DNA of 64,000 bases from Callorhinchus milii (taxonomy: Eukaryota). The DNA is taken from positions 65,536,001 to 65,600,000 of the forward strand of contig NW_024704742.1 of assembly GCF_018977255.1 (NCBI RefSeq). Direction: 5' to 3'. Position 1 is the first letter of the stretch; every line of letters starts with the position of its first letter. The notes under the pieces are model-generated. The model made no database searches and was not told the origin of the DNA. It saw only the letters and a program-made list of their open reading frames with translations. A program made the position numbers and the translations under genes. Shown one piece after another: positions 38,775-52,284 of this stretch.

Positions 38775-39143
38775 GTGTCAGCCTGGCACAGTGGTAGCAC
38801 TCACACCATTGAGTCAGAAGTTTGTGGGTTCAAGCCCCACATGGGGACTTGGAATCACATAGTCTAAGCTGACACTCCAACAATAACAACAATAACAAGA
38901 ACAACAAAATTACTGCGGTGTAGTGCTGGGGGTGTGTCCCATTGTTGGAGATGTGACTTCGGATGAGACGGTAACCAAAGTGCCATCTGCCTGTTCAGGT
39001 GGATGTTAAAGATCATAAGGCACTATTCAAAAAAAAAGAGAGTTTTTCTCCCGGTGTCCTGGCCCACAATCCCCCAAATAAAATTGGTCAATAAAAATGT
39101 CTCAATGACGTGATAAAGTGCTATATCAAGGATTATTATTATT
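38775..39143 (+). mobile_element. DeuSINE (SacSINE1-like)
   Basis: Reads gtcagcctggcacagtggtagcactc..gagtcagaagtttgtgggttcaagcccc..cttcggatgagacggtaacc, ending in a (TTA)n tail. Confidence 0.8.
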
Positions 39144-39323
39144 AACTCTCTGGTTGCAAGTTATATATGTATTTCATTGCAACTACAGAATCTCTGTGAA
39201 TCAGTGATCATCCAAATCCTATCTTGAAAAGATTTCTGGGAAGTTTAGGAAAAGGAAAAGTAAACAACATGACTTCAAAGGAAAGTGATCCTCTATCTTA
39301 TGTCTATTTACCTCTGCTTGTAG

Positions 39324-39401
39324 GAAAGGAGCCAGAGACAGTAACCATCTCTCCAAGGAACATGTTTGTTTCATCGGACGGGTGGACATTTTTAGCTGCA
39401 G
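39324..39401 (+). CDS. POLN: DNA polymerase nu, coding exon ([27 protein letters not shown])
   Basis: Acceptor ctctgcttgtag and donor GCAG|gtaacc; 78 nt, phase 1/1. Matches POLN '[26 protein letters not shown]'. Confidence 0.95.
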
Positions 39402-42400
39402 GTAACCCAATATTTATTTCTATTATCGCAGCCCGTAAGCCTACTATTCATTGCTGTGCATTTATTGAAAACGTTTTGAGACATTGTGATGTGATAAGAC
39501 GCTGTAAAATGTAAGTATTCCTTGTTCTTAGTTACAGAAATAGTATGTATCAGTTAATTGCATCACATTCAAACAAAACTCCCTGCCAATCTTCACCTCC
39601 TTAAAAATATAAACCTCTTTGCTGTTATTTTGTGTCAATCCAGCTCAGTTAGTCGTACTCTTGCTTCTGAGTCAGAATGTTGAGGTTTCAAAATAAAAAT
39701 TTGGATTTAAGGTTGTAATCCTGGCTGAAACGCCAGTAAAGTATTGGGAGAATGGTGCATTGTTGGAGTTTCATATAAGATATTAAACTGAGATAGTTTA
39801 CCTGTTCTTCATGTGGACATTAAGGGGTAATGGGGTTTCCTGTTATAAAAGATTACTATTTTCTATGAATCATCACTAATCAAATTGATGTCAGCCTGGC
39901 TCGGTTGGTAGCACTCTCGCCTCCTTATCAGAAGATTTTGGGTTCAAGGTTCACTCATATAATCCAGACTGATTCTCCAATGCAGAGTTGGGGTGTGCTG
40001 TTTTGTTTGGATGAATGTTAAATCGAGGTTCCTACGCCTCTTCAGGTGAACGTTAAATATCCCATGGTAATATTCAAGAAGAGAAGTTTATTCCTCCCAG
40101 TGTCTTGGTCAATAATCTTCCAGATAGAATTGGTCATTCACTGTTTGTGGGACATTGCTGTGTACAAATTGTCACTGCCTTTTATGGTTATTGGCGATAA
40201 ACCTACATGTAAAGGGAGCTACAAGGGCTGGACACAATCAGGCTTGATTGGAGTTTGTAATAATTGAGCTCTAATATAAAGCTGAGGGCTTAGGAGTGTG
40301 AGATGAGAGTCTGGAGAAGACAGAGTTAGAGTTTCCTTGTTAAAATAAACTATTTTTTGTTAACAGTATTGTGCAAGTTTTGTTTTTCAGGTGTGATTCA
40401 CACCCTCATTCCAAGTCACTATACTTTACAGTAAATGAAGTGAAGCTTTGAAACATCTTCCTGATGTGAAAGGCACAAATTCCAGAATTCTTAATAATCA
40501 ATTAGGATGTTATTATTATTAATAATTTTAATAACATCCTAATTGATTCTGCATCTCCTATTTTCGGGCCAGTGTATGCCATATTCTTGCCACCCTCTGT
40601 GTGAAGAAATGTTTCTCTGATCGCCCTTTTAAATTTGTTTGCTCCATTCATGCCCCCTTTGTTTTCAAATCGAAAGTAGAAGACACATTTTCCAGTTTGG
40701 CTCATTACCAGTGTAACAAATGGATGGTCCCATGTTTTCTGAAATAATTCTGATCTTCACGACTTACCCTTTGATAGCTAAACTGTAAGGATGTCAGTCT
40801 AACAAAAGCCCTGAGATCTGGCTGAACGTAATGAGAAAAGGAAATTGCAGATGAAAGTCATTCACTTTCAAGTCACGCATACTTGACCCAAATCTATTAT
40901 CCAGCTGTAAAAGTCCAGCAGCGTTTTTTCCCACTAATTCTGGAAATTTCCACTGCAGTTTCGGCAGTAACTAAAACAACATTATCATAAATTACAAGGA
41001 AGATTAACAAAAGTGCGCTGCAGTTAAGAAATATTCCAACAGATAAAAGGCTAATGTGAGATCTTTGACTCTAGATTGTAAACTGACTGCAATAAAAGGT
41101 GGTAATTTTTATTTCTTTAAGTTTAGAGAAAGATGCAGTGTGGATTTTTGCACCAAGACAGGCTGCTATATTAATGTTTGCAAGTATTTTTGGATTGCAA
41201 AATTAAATAGGTATGAGAAAAGAGAGGGAAGGATTGTCCTAGGCGGTATTCCTCCAGATAACATTTGTCATTCACTTCATGGCTGTAAGTGTGACCTTGC
41301 TGTACACATATTGGCTGCTGTCTTTGCCTACAAAATATTCAGTCACTACATATAACTGTAGATCCATGTGAAGAGCTTTGAGATCTTTTAAGCACTCTGG
41401 GACACTACCCTGCACGAGGGGCACTATATAAATTCAAGTTGTTGTTTTGATGTTATTGGTATACTAAATGCAAGGATAATTATTATTATTAAGGAGTACT
41501 GAGAAATGTATTTGTTGGCAAACACGGCAGCCATTTTGCACACAGCAAGGTCCTATAAACAGCTATGAAGCAAATGACTAATTTTATTTGGAGGATTGGC
41601 AGAAGCATATTAGAGTACGGGCAAAGAGGAGAGATTGGGATTAGGTTGGATGTCTTAGGAGCAAAATTTACAGAAACTAATTAGCCAAATGACATGATGC
41701 TGTGTCATACATTTCTGTGGACACAATTGTAAGAGTGAGAATTAGAGAAACACAAAATGCAACATTAAAGGTGAAAAATGTGGTAGTTATCACATTGAAT
41801 CTGTTATTAATTGTTGCATTTTTCAAACATTGCATATAAGCCAAATCGTTACCTCAACACCATTTCATATGCTCTGCGCAGATGCTCCCCCTTTATAGTG
41901 GGGGGATGCTCCAGGAAGCCTATCAAGAGACGTAGTTGATGCCAATTCCTGGAAGAGGCATAGTTGATAAATGGCTGCCGTTAAGGTAACTTCCTGCCCA
42001 CTATGCATGTGCGTTGACTTCCCATATTAAAAAGTGCCATCTTCTGATCAATGACATTTCCTGCATGTATTCCACATGTATATATGTTTGTGGGACACTG
42101 CTGTGCGCAATTGGCTGCTGTGGTTTGCCCATAAAATATAGTCAATTCACTTTACATTATATTCAGTGAAGTGCTTTGAGATGCCTCAACACCATGATAA
42201 GGCACTATATCAAGTCCAAGGATAATTTATTCATTATTAGGTATAGCTTAGAGGAAGTGACATTGATGATGCCTGACAACCCAAAGGGCACTGTCTTATG
42301 AGCAAATCCATTTTATGGGTGGGGGATTTTCTACAACATTAGGATCTATTATGCATGTTGTATGCAGTCTGTGCAAAGATAACTTTATCATGCGTACACC

Positions 42401-44884
42401 ATTGTGAGGATTACTTATTACTCACATAAGGAATAATTTTTCATTGGTTGTTAATTACATAACTAAGAGCATGTGCATCTGTAATTCCCTCTGCACATGT
42501 GTGTTTACAAATATTTTCCACACCTAGCATAATACAGCTGCATTTACATAATCTAAGTAACTCACTTAATACGCCCTAATATATCCTTTACCCATAGGGA
42601 TCAATTGCTGTTACTAGATGCGTCTGACATTCCTGTGTTTGCCAATTTTAGTGGCACTGTAGATATGTGCACACAGCAGAGACTCTGTCAAATGGATGAA
42701 TCAAATGTGCTTAACTCTGGGTTCAGCATTCCTTTCCCTAGGAAACCAGATACAATCTTCACACATAAAAGAGGAGAAAGGCCCATTTAGCCTGTTAATC
42801 TTTTTATTAAAAGTCATTAAAGAGGATCTCTTGCAGCATTGCACAGCTGAGAAGGAAAATTGAAAAGTAAGTCATATATTTAACTTCCGATCCCATCTCC
42901 AGAGGTAGAAATGTGAAACCAATTCCTGAGAGCACAAACAAGATCCAGATAGAGAAGGTACTTTAGTTAATGGATCTCATCCTTTCAGAATGCCCACCCT
43001 ACCATTCAATGCAATATCAATTTATATACAGTAGAGTCTTTATAGCAGGAATGTTCCAAGGCGTTTATCAATCCTGGCTTGGCACCCGAGCTGGGGGTGG
43101 GAGCTGAGGGGGTGGGGATGGGAAAGATGACCAAAAGCGGGGTCAAAGAGGTAGGTCTTGAGACAGACCTTGAACGAGATGCGGGAGAGAGAGTCGTAGG
43201 CATGGAGTTCCAGAAAGCGGTGGCAGATCAGCTGAAAGCCCAGCTATCGATGGTAGAATGGTTTAGATGGATATCAAAGACATTATTTGAAAAGAGAAGG
43301 GAGTTTCTCCTTATGCCTGGTTAACAATTCTGTAAAATAATTAGACATTCATCTCCAGTGTATGTCATGGATGTCAGTTGGTCCTTGCTGGCACAAATGG
43401 CTGCCATGTTTGCCTATAAATGCAACACCCACCATCACAATTTACATTTATATTGTGTTTTTTAAGGAGATATCACAAAGGCTTTACATGACTGACTGGG
43501 ATCCTGTGGGAGGAGGGCAAAAGTGGCCAAAAGCACAATGGAAGAGATAGGTCTTAAAGCAAATTTTGAAGGTGGGAACGGGGTGGAGAAAGGCGGAGTG
43601 ATTGATTTCCAGAGAATGGGAGCAGAGTTGCTCAAGGCTCTCCCATCAGTAATGGGGCGTATAAAGTGGGGGCCAGGTTGGTGTTTTTTGCTGAGTGGAG
43701 GAAGAGAAGGGGCAGCAGGGTCACTGGAGGTTGCAGAGGTAGAGTGGGATGAGGCCATGGAGGCACTTGAATGTCAAATGAGAATTTTGAATTTGTTGCG
43801 CTGGGAGATTGAAAGCCAGAGGAGCCAAGTGAGGCTTGGGATGATAGGTTCATGAGGCCTGGCGTGGGAGAGCGTATGAGCCGCAGAGTTCCAGATGGTC
43901 CACAGCTTGTGTAGGGAGAAGCTGGGGAGTCCAGCAAGGAGGTGTTGACAGATATATAATACAATCACAACACTTGATAGTAATAAACACATGGTGCTTT
44001 GAGACGTTTCAATAGGTACTATAATAATGCAGGCCTTTCTCCATTATCTAACTGCTAATGTGCTGCTCTGTGCAAGGAACAGATCTGATGGGCAAATGGC
44101 CTTGTCTAGCTCTATCCTTTCTTGTACTCTTCTACTTGATCAGTTTTGTAACATTAAAGATTAAACGTAAGATTGTTGACCTGGTGATTTAGAAAGAACT
44201 GAACAGAAACAAAACAAAACTGATATTGCTTTTATTAAATTGCATAATCTCAAACTGTCACTTTGGTTTCGGTGAAAAATAAATAGACCTATTTTAATGC
44301 TTAGGCCTCAGAAATCTAATAAGAAATAATGGCTTTAAGTAGCTGTTTTTATTTTCTGAACTCCTTCTTTCAATGTAGTAATACAGCATGTAGTTATCTC
44401 AGTTTGTACAGCTGCAATGTCACTCGGCTGGGAAACCTTCAGCTGCTTACTCTGCACAGCATGAATATTTATAATGCCAAAGGGGCTTGTTTAAAGCTGA
44501 TCTGCCCCCAGAATATTACAACAAAATCACATTTAATTGACAAAGTACTTTAAGATTATCTTACCTGAAAAGCATTAGAGGAAGCAGCTATCCTTTTATT
44601 CTGAGCTACGATCAACGGTTAGACAAGCTCGGGCTCTTCAGGCTTGAGAGAAGACGATTCAGAGGGGACCTCAGAGAGGTGAATAACGTTTTAAATACTT
44701 TAGAATGCAACAAGACAGAAGAACAAGAGGACACGGGTTTAGAATTGAAAACGGTAATTTTAGGACAGATACCAGGAAGTTTTTCTTAGAGGGCAATCAA
44801 CTTAGGAGGGTTGCCAGGAAAGGTGGTTGAGACCAGTACACTAGACTCATTTAAAAAGCAGCTTGGTGCTGTGATAAAGGGCGG

Positions 44885-46042
44885 TCTCGTGTGGCATTCC
44901 TCAGGGCTCTGTGCTTGGTCCCCTCCTTTTCAACATCTACATGCTTCCTTTTGGTGACATCATCCGCAGACATGGAGTCAATTTCCACATGTATGTGGAT
45001 GACACCCAACTCTATCTTTCTGCATCCACCCCTTGACTCCAGGACCACTGCTGTGCTGACAGAATATTTGTCAGACATCAAGTCCTGGATGAGAGCGAAC
45101 TTTCTACAGTTGAATGTCAACAAGACCGAGGCTCTCCTGATTGGCTCCCGTCAGGGCCTCCACACCTCAGGCGCTGACAGAATCACCATCCATGGTTGCA
45201 CACTCCACCTTACTGAGCTAGTTCAGAACCGTGGGATCTTGTTTGATCCTCAACTATCCTTTCTACCCCACTTCTGTACCATGTCCCGCTATGCTTTCTA
45301 CCACCTCAACCAACATAGCCCGGCTCCGCCACTGTCTTACATCACAGGTTGGCGAAACCTTCATACACGCATTCATAACATCCAACCTTAACTACGCAAA
45401 CTCCCTGCTTGTCGGTCTCCCCAACTCCTCCCTCCATAGGCTGCAGATCATCCAGAACTCTGCAGCCCGTGTCCTCTCCCACACCAAGCTCCGTGACCCT
45501 ATCTCACCCGACTCCACTGGCTTCCCATCACACAGAGGATACAGTTCAAGATCCTGGTCCTCACCTTCAAAGCCCTCCATGGCATTGCTCCCCCCTACCT
45601 CTGCAACCTACCAACCTCTCCGTTCAGCAAGCTCCTGCCTGCTTCATGTCCCCCGCCTCGCCCGCCCACCATTGGCGCGTAGGCCTTCTGCCACTCTGCC
45701 CCACCCTCTGGAACTCCATCCCAGTCTCTCCGGCTCGTCCCCTCCCTTGCCTCCTTCAATACCCAACTCAAGACCCTCCTCTTCGACCGTGCCTTCGGTC
45801 ACCCTCCTTCACTCGCCCACAAATATATGGTCAATTCACTTTACAGCATACTCTATGAAGCGCTTTGAGACGTCTAGAAGACATAAAAAGTGCTATATCA
45901 AATGCAATTATTATTATTATTTACTCCCTGCCCTCCACCCTCCCCGATCCCGCCCCCAGATCAGGTCAAAACTGATTGTCCAGCGCCATGGGACGTCCTC
46001 CCGACGTGAAAGGCGCTGTATAAATGTAATTTTGTTGTTGTT
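44885..46042 (+). mobile_element. L2 LINE, 5'-truncated and degraded, with a nested SINE 3' fragment (45810-45922)
   Basis: Encodes '[29 protein letters not shown]' and 'LQIIQNSAARVLSHTK'. A SINE tail interrupts the L2 3'UTR. The (TTG)n tail is at about 46035. Confidence 0.85.
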
Positions 46043-47261
46043 AGGGTGGGTGTTCCACTGAAGCTATGAGGAACAACAAAGCTGGAGATCTTCTATCTTA
46101 ACAAGGGACTAGAAAAAATACTTTCTCTTGTGCAAGATTTGTTCATCAGTAACTTATGGATACTGTATACTGTAGATACAGTTGCCATGTGAAATAGAAA
46201 TTGGTCCCAGACATGTATGCAGATGAAACAACCATTTTTAATCATACCCAAACTCACAAAGTCAAACTGTAACATAGGTAGCGGGCACCAACCTGTTTGC
46301 CTGGGGAGGGGTGGGGGCAATGGTGTCGAGGAGACTTGATGGCTTATTCTTCATGCCCCTGTAGGGAAGTGCTTGTCTGGCCCCTAGATTTGGAATTTCC
46401 TGATTTTCTCTACTCTCCTATGAGAGCACAAGGTGGTGGGATGCGAGCAGCCTATGGAAATCTTCAGAGACTATTAATTGTGTTACCTGGTCCATCAGCT
46501 TCTCACAGAACTGGCATCCTTCAGTACTTTAGTAGAGGTTTCGATGCCTGCCAGTGCTCACAGTCCAGACTCTCACAGAAAGAAGCTAAGCCCTTGGGGG
46601 CGTGGAGGAAATTGGGGGGTGGGAGCTTTGGAACTGAAGCCACAGCAAAAGTCACCTTCTGCAGGAGAGAGGGGCAGAAAATGTAAAGTAAAAAAGCACA
46701 TAAACAAACTAGTTCTGTATTTTGGGGTTCCTGCTTTCTATTGAAACAAATGTCTTTTCAATTCCTCCGCCTTTCCCCCTCAGTCCCTATTTTTAGTTCA
46801 CGCCTGAAGACCTTCCTGTTCGACTGTGCTTACAGTCATCTGCCCCTTCCCCCCCCCGGCTCAGCTTCAGGTTCCGCCACCATTGGGAGCCCCGAGATGC
46901 ATCAATTTTTATGGTCCCACGTGAAGGGTGCTCTATAAATGCAAGTTGTTGTTGTTCTTTTACTGATCACAAGGTCATAATATTTTACAGCTTGAATGGA
47001 AGCCATTCATCTATTTAGTCGCATTTTCCTTCCTTTTCTCTGAACCCTTTAATATTTTTCCTTATTACATATTTGCCTAATTTCCAAGTAAACCCTTGTC
47101 ATTGCAGTTGTTTTCATTTCAATGTTTTTTTTAAATTTGGAGTCCGTTCAATATACATTGCTATATTGTCTCGCATGCTGTGTTAGCCAAACTAAGCCAA
47201 CAAGGGATAGGGGTGGGGTGCAGGGTCCATAAATTATTTTAGATATAAGATATATTATATA

Positions 47262-47448
47262 TAATAATAATAATAATCCTTGCATTTGATATAGCGCTTT
47301 TCACGTTGGGAGGACGTCCCAAAGCGCTTCACAGAACTCACTGTAAAGTGAATTGACTGTATATTTGTGGGTGAACGCGGCAGCCAATTGCGCACAGCAA
47401 TGTCCCACAAACAGTCGTAGATTGAAAATGACCAATTTATTGTTGTTA
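47262..47448 (-). mobile_element. DeuSINE 3' half, young subfamily
   Basis: Near-identical to 59958-60148 and 62927-63110. Confidence 0.85.
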
Positions 47449-48308
47449 TGTGTATTAGATATAAAGGGCATGAGGAATGAGCAAGAGAGGGGGAGAGAAG
47501 ATTGGCTTATGTGGAGAAAAGCACCATCACCTGTTTGATGGACTAAATGACCTGTCTCCGGGCTGTAACATTTTATAATTCCCTGGCACAGTCTCAACGT
47601 CTCCATGTTAGGGGAGAAATATCAGGCAGTTTCCGTTTCTGATTACTTTCCATTGAGCCTTGCTGGAAGTCAAAGTAGAGAGAGAGACAGGAGTGCCACA
47701 TGAGAGCAGGATAAACCTTGGCTGTGATGGCCTCTCGGGTCAAATAGACTGCTGGCACTTACTGCCCAGGTTCACACATAAATAAATAGCCGCTTGTATA
47801 AGTGATTTGAGGGCTGTGGACATTCATGCAGCTATCCATCAAATCAATAGAAATGGAAACGGTTATTAGGAGTGCAGCAAACTACAGTGCAGCAGAACAC
47901 ATTAATGAAGATGAATTGATTAATTTATTTTGTATTTTGATAAAGGGGTTTTAAAATCAAGTAAATATATAAAGCAATCAAGATTTTTTGTGCATGCAAT
48001 TGCTTGAAAGAATGTAATGAGTTTATGTTTACTCTTCCAAGTTAGATTAAGGAACAGTCCATATGAAATGGGGAATTTGACCTTGACTCGTGATCCATAA
48101 CTGTAAACAGGACAACGTTTCACAATGATCCTTTAGCTCTCCAGTGTCAATGGCATCATGTTGCACACTACAGCTCAGCGTAGTTACATTGTAAATATTG
48201 TTGTGCCTGTATAATTCTTATTGCAAATATTCTGCTCATAGATCAAATGTCTATGGCATTTAATGATACGCCCTACATTCATGTCTGCCCAGGTTATATA
48301 ATTATATA

Positions 48309-48562
48309 AACAAAACGCAAAATACTGCAGATGCTGAAAATCTGAAACAAAAACTGAAGTCGCCAGGACCACTCAGCAGATCAGGCAGCATCTATAGAGA
48401 AAGGAAAGTGAGTCAACGTTTCGGATCCACGACCCTTTGTCAGAACACAAAGTAACGAAATTCTGACGAATGGTCGTGGCCCCAAAACGTTGACTCACTT
48501 TCCTTTCTCTATAGATGCTGCCTGACCTGTTGAATGTTCTCAGCGACTTATGTTTTTGTTTT
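48309..48562. mobile_element. Penelope-derived fold-back element with two inverted arms, each carrying a minimal hammerhead motif
   Basis: The arms at about 48345-48445 and 48461-48562 are reverse complements (caggcagcatctatagagaaaggaaagtgagtcaacgttt / aaacgttgactcactttcctttctctatagatgctgcctg), separated by a spacer of about 15 nt. Confidence 0.7.
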
Positions 48563-48582
48563 ATATGTATGTTCATTTCCAT

Positions 48583-49675
48583 CAACAACAAGAACAACAA
48601 GATTACATTTGTATAGAGCCTTTCACGTTGGGAGGACGTCACAAGGCACTGGACAGTGTACAGCATTTCAGACCCGAGCTGGGGTCGGGGTGGAGAAGGG
48701 AGGGGAGGGGAAGGGGGGGTGACCGATGGCATGGTCGAAGAGGAGGGTCTTGAGGCGGGACTTGAAGGAGGCTAAGGAGGGGGTGAGGTGGAGTGATTCG
48801 GGGATGGAATTTCAGAGGTTGGGGGCAGAGGGGCTGAAGGCTCTCCTGCCAATGGTGGGGCGGGTGGGTCGGGGAACGTGGAGCAGGTCAGAACCGGCTG
48901 AGCGGAGGGAAGGTTAGTTGGTAGGGGGTTAGGAGGGCGCAGAGGTAGGGTGGGGCGATGCCATGGAGGTCTTTGTGGGTGAGGACCAGGATCTTGAACT
49001 GGATCCTCTGAAGGATAGGGAACCAATGGAGTCAGGCGAGAATGAGGAAGATGGGGTCACGGAGTTTGGTTCGGGAGAGGACACGGGCTGCAGAGTTCTG
49101 GAAAGACCAACGAGCAGGGCGTTTGCATAGTCGAGCCTGGAGGTGATGAAGGCATGCACAAGAGTTTCAGTGGCCTAGTGGCAGAGTCGGGCGATGTTAC
49201 GGAGGTGAAAGAAGGCAGAGTGGGTCGTGGCTTGGATGTGGGGAAGAAAAGACAGTTGAGGGTCGAACAAGACACCTGGGTTCCTGACTGGCGGTGAGTT
49301 GTAGTGTGCAACCATGGAGATTGATGCTGCCAGAGCCTGAGGTGCTGAGGCGCTGGCGCGAGTCAATCAGGAGGGCCTCAGTCTTGTTCACATTCAACTG
49401 TAGGAAATTTTCCTTCATCCAGGACTTGATGTCCGACAGGCAGTCTGTCAGGACAGCAGTGGTCCTGGAGTTGAGGGTAGAGGCAGAAAGATAGAGTTAG
49501 GTGTCATCCGCATACATATGGAAGTTGACCCCATGTCTGCGGATGATGTCACCAAGGAGGAGCATAGAGATATTAAAGAGGAGAGGGCCAAGGACAGAGC
49601 CCTGGGGGACGCCAGACGTGACAGTGCGGGGGTTGAAGGAGAAACCGTTAGAGGCAACAAAGTGGAAACGGTGAG
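48583..49675 (-). mobile_element. L2 LINE, 5'-truncated and degraded
   Basis: Encodes '[16 protein letters not shown]...NFHMYADDT' and 'ENFLQLNVNKTEALL'. The tail is (CAA)n on the + strand at about 48583-48600. Confidence 0.9.
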
Positions 49676-50145
49676 AAAAATCCATACTGAGTTTCATTAC
49701 ATCGCTAGTTACCTACAAATAGTTCCAAGATTTAATAGTAATAATCCTTGCATTTGATATAGTGCTTTATTACAACATTGAGACGGCTCAAAGCGCTTCA
49801 CAGGATATACTGTAAAGTGGATTGACTGTATACTTGTGGGCAAAATCTGGCAGCCAGTTGCGCACAGCAATGTCCCACAAACAGCCATGCAGTGAGTGAC
49901 CAATTGAACAAAAAAAAATTCTGTGATTGTTAGCTAGGACACCGAGAGAAACTCCCTTCTCTTTTCGAATAGTGCCACCATGAATGTTTTTTAACCAAAA
50001 GTAGCACCATTAGCAAATTTGTCTTCCATTGGTTTCTGAGCTCAGTCAAGATTTAACTCATTATTTTGGCATGACAATTTGAGATTATGCATCTCAACAG
50101 CAAAACTGAGTTACTCCCGGGGTAGGTTACACACAGATATGACTG

Positions 50146-50146
<1 letters not shown>

Positions 50147-50205
<59 letters not shown>

Positions 50206-50253
50206 TGACTGACTGACTGACTGACTGACTGACTGACTGACTGACTGACTGAC

Positions 50254-50302
<49 letters not shown>
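50147..50302. repeat. Compound tetranucleotide microsatellite (GACA)14(GACT)13(GATT)12
   Basis: Read and counted directly from the sequence. Confidence 0.97.
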
Positions 50303-51105
50303 TCTTATTGCAAAAGGGATTAAGGGATATGAGGATAAAACAGGGTCAGGTTATTAGCTGGAGTTAGATTAGAAGATCAGCCATGACTGAATGGCGGGGC
50401 AGGCTCGAAGGGCCGAATGGCCTACTCCTGCTCCTACATGTTATGTTATGCTATGAGCTTCAATACATGGTTTACAAGTGTCATGTCATAATCATAATAA
50501 ATTCTTACTCGTGTAACAAACACAAAATGTTAGCAATACAAAATCTGAAAATATTTTTTACTGTAGATGGGAGCTTTAAAATGTTTCCTCCAATACCATT
50601 ATTCTTTATTTGTGTAACTTCTTTCACTGTCCCAATCTTTTTACATTTATTACTTTGGTTCTTTTTGAATTACATTTGTTCTACCTGAGCAACGTTACTT
50701 TGATAGGATCTACAATAATATTTCCATTTTGATATAGTGCCTACAGCATCTCAAAGTATCTCCAAACCAGTTGACGTAAACCATCTACAACAACTGCCCG
50801 GGAGATGCTTTGTATTTGTAGGCTATTGCAGCAGCCAATTTGCACGCAGCAATGCCCCCAAACAGGCATGAACTGAAAGATCCATTTATTTGGGGAATTG
50901 TTGACCAGGACACCCAGGAGAAACACCCTTCTCTTATAAGCTGATGGTACAGTCTCAAAGGGGATGAAGGAACAGAGAGACCTGTGGGTTCATATAAGCA
51001 AATCTTTGAAGATGGCAGGACAGGTAGATAAAGCTGTTAAAAAGCATACAGGATGCTAGGCTTTATAAATAGGGGCATAGAATGCAAAAATCAGGAAGTT
51101 TTTGA

Positions 51106-51460
51106 GGAGTCCTGTAGCATATTGGTTAGAGCACTCACCTCACAAGCGAGAGGACCCAGGTTCAATTCCCGGGCAGGGTGAAACCTTAGATAAGTTTCCT
51201 TACTCCACACGCCTCTGTTTATCTAGCAGTAAGTAGGAACCTGGTTGTTAGTCAATTGGCGACTCGCTTTTAAAAGAAATGATAATAATTGGGTCACTCA
51301 ATCCACGACTGTTTGTGAGAACACTGCCATGCGCAATTGACTGACGCGTTTCACCCACAAAATATTCAGTCAATTCACTTTACAGTATATTCTGAGAAGC
51401 GCTTTGAGACGCCTAGAAGATGAAATAAGGCACGATATCAAATGCAAGCATTATTATTTT
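51106..51460 (+). mobile_element. tRNA(Ala-like)-headed DeuSINE inserted after a CR1 fragment (50940-51100)
   Basis: Head ggagtcctgtagc...caggttcaattccc, an extra internal segment (cctctgtttatctagcagtaagtaggaacc), the Deu domain and a (TTA) tail. Confidence 0.8.
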
Positions 51461-52284
51461 CAGCACATAATAGATGCTTGGTTGTCCATTTGACCAAATG
51501 GCATTATTGTGCACTCCATGTTAACAGCCTGCTTTATTTTAGTTCTATCTTATTTGTGTAGCACCATGACGTTTATGATTCCACACATTGAACATTTGTT
51601 AAACTGTGGTGTCAGACTATGGTTCTCACTGCTCTATTCACCAACACATCCAGATCCCAAACTGGCAGAGACTGAGAAACTATTTTTATGTGGTGAGCGA
51701 AAAGAACACTTGCCAGGAAAACAGCAGTGTAAATGGTGCTTCGGGACTGAAAGTGCGTCGCCTCTAGGGAATTTCATGTAGGTCATGGCCACCTGCAGGA
51801 ACTCAGTTCCAATCTCCAAAATATATGAAAGCAGGGGAGGACTGGCTCCCTGAAAGAGCCTGGGATTTTGATGGAAAAAATGGGTTGCTGGTTTGTGGGG
51901 GGGCACAAGGGCCAAAAAGCATGAAACAACACGCAAAAGCACGGCCCCGGCCTCCATATTGGTATCGCCCTAAGCCTGACAGCCCCTCCAGTCTCCAGGC
52001 TCGGGGTGTGGGCAGTGGGCCAGGCAGATGGCAGTGGATTGCTAGCAAATTCACCATCATCTTGGTGGCAACAGCGGCTTTTCGCCCGTCCAGACTTTCC
52101 GTCGTGCACCAAGACTGTAGAATGGACCTGCACAAGGAAAGAAGTAACTTTGCCAGCAAAGCCAATGTGCTGCTGCACATTAGATTCCTTGTGTCCTGGC
52201 CATGGCATAGTTGGTGCTCGGGGCAGCTTTTGGTAAATCAGGGGCCATTATCACTGGGATGTTCAGGAACCATTCGCCCACTCG

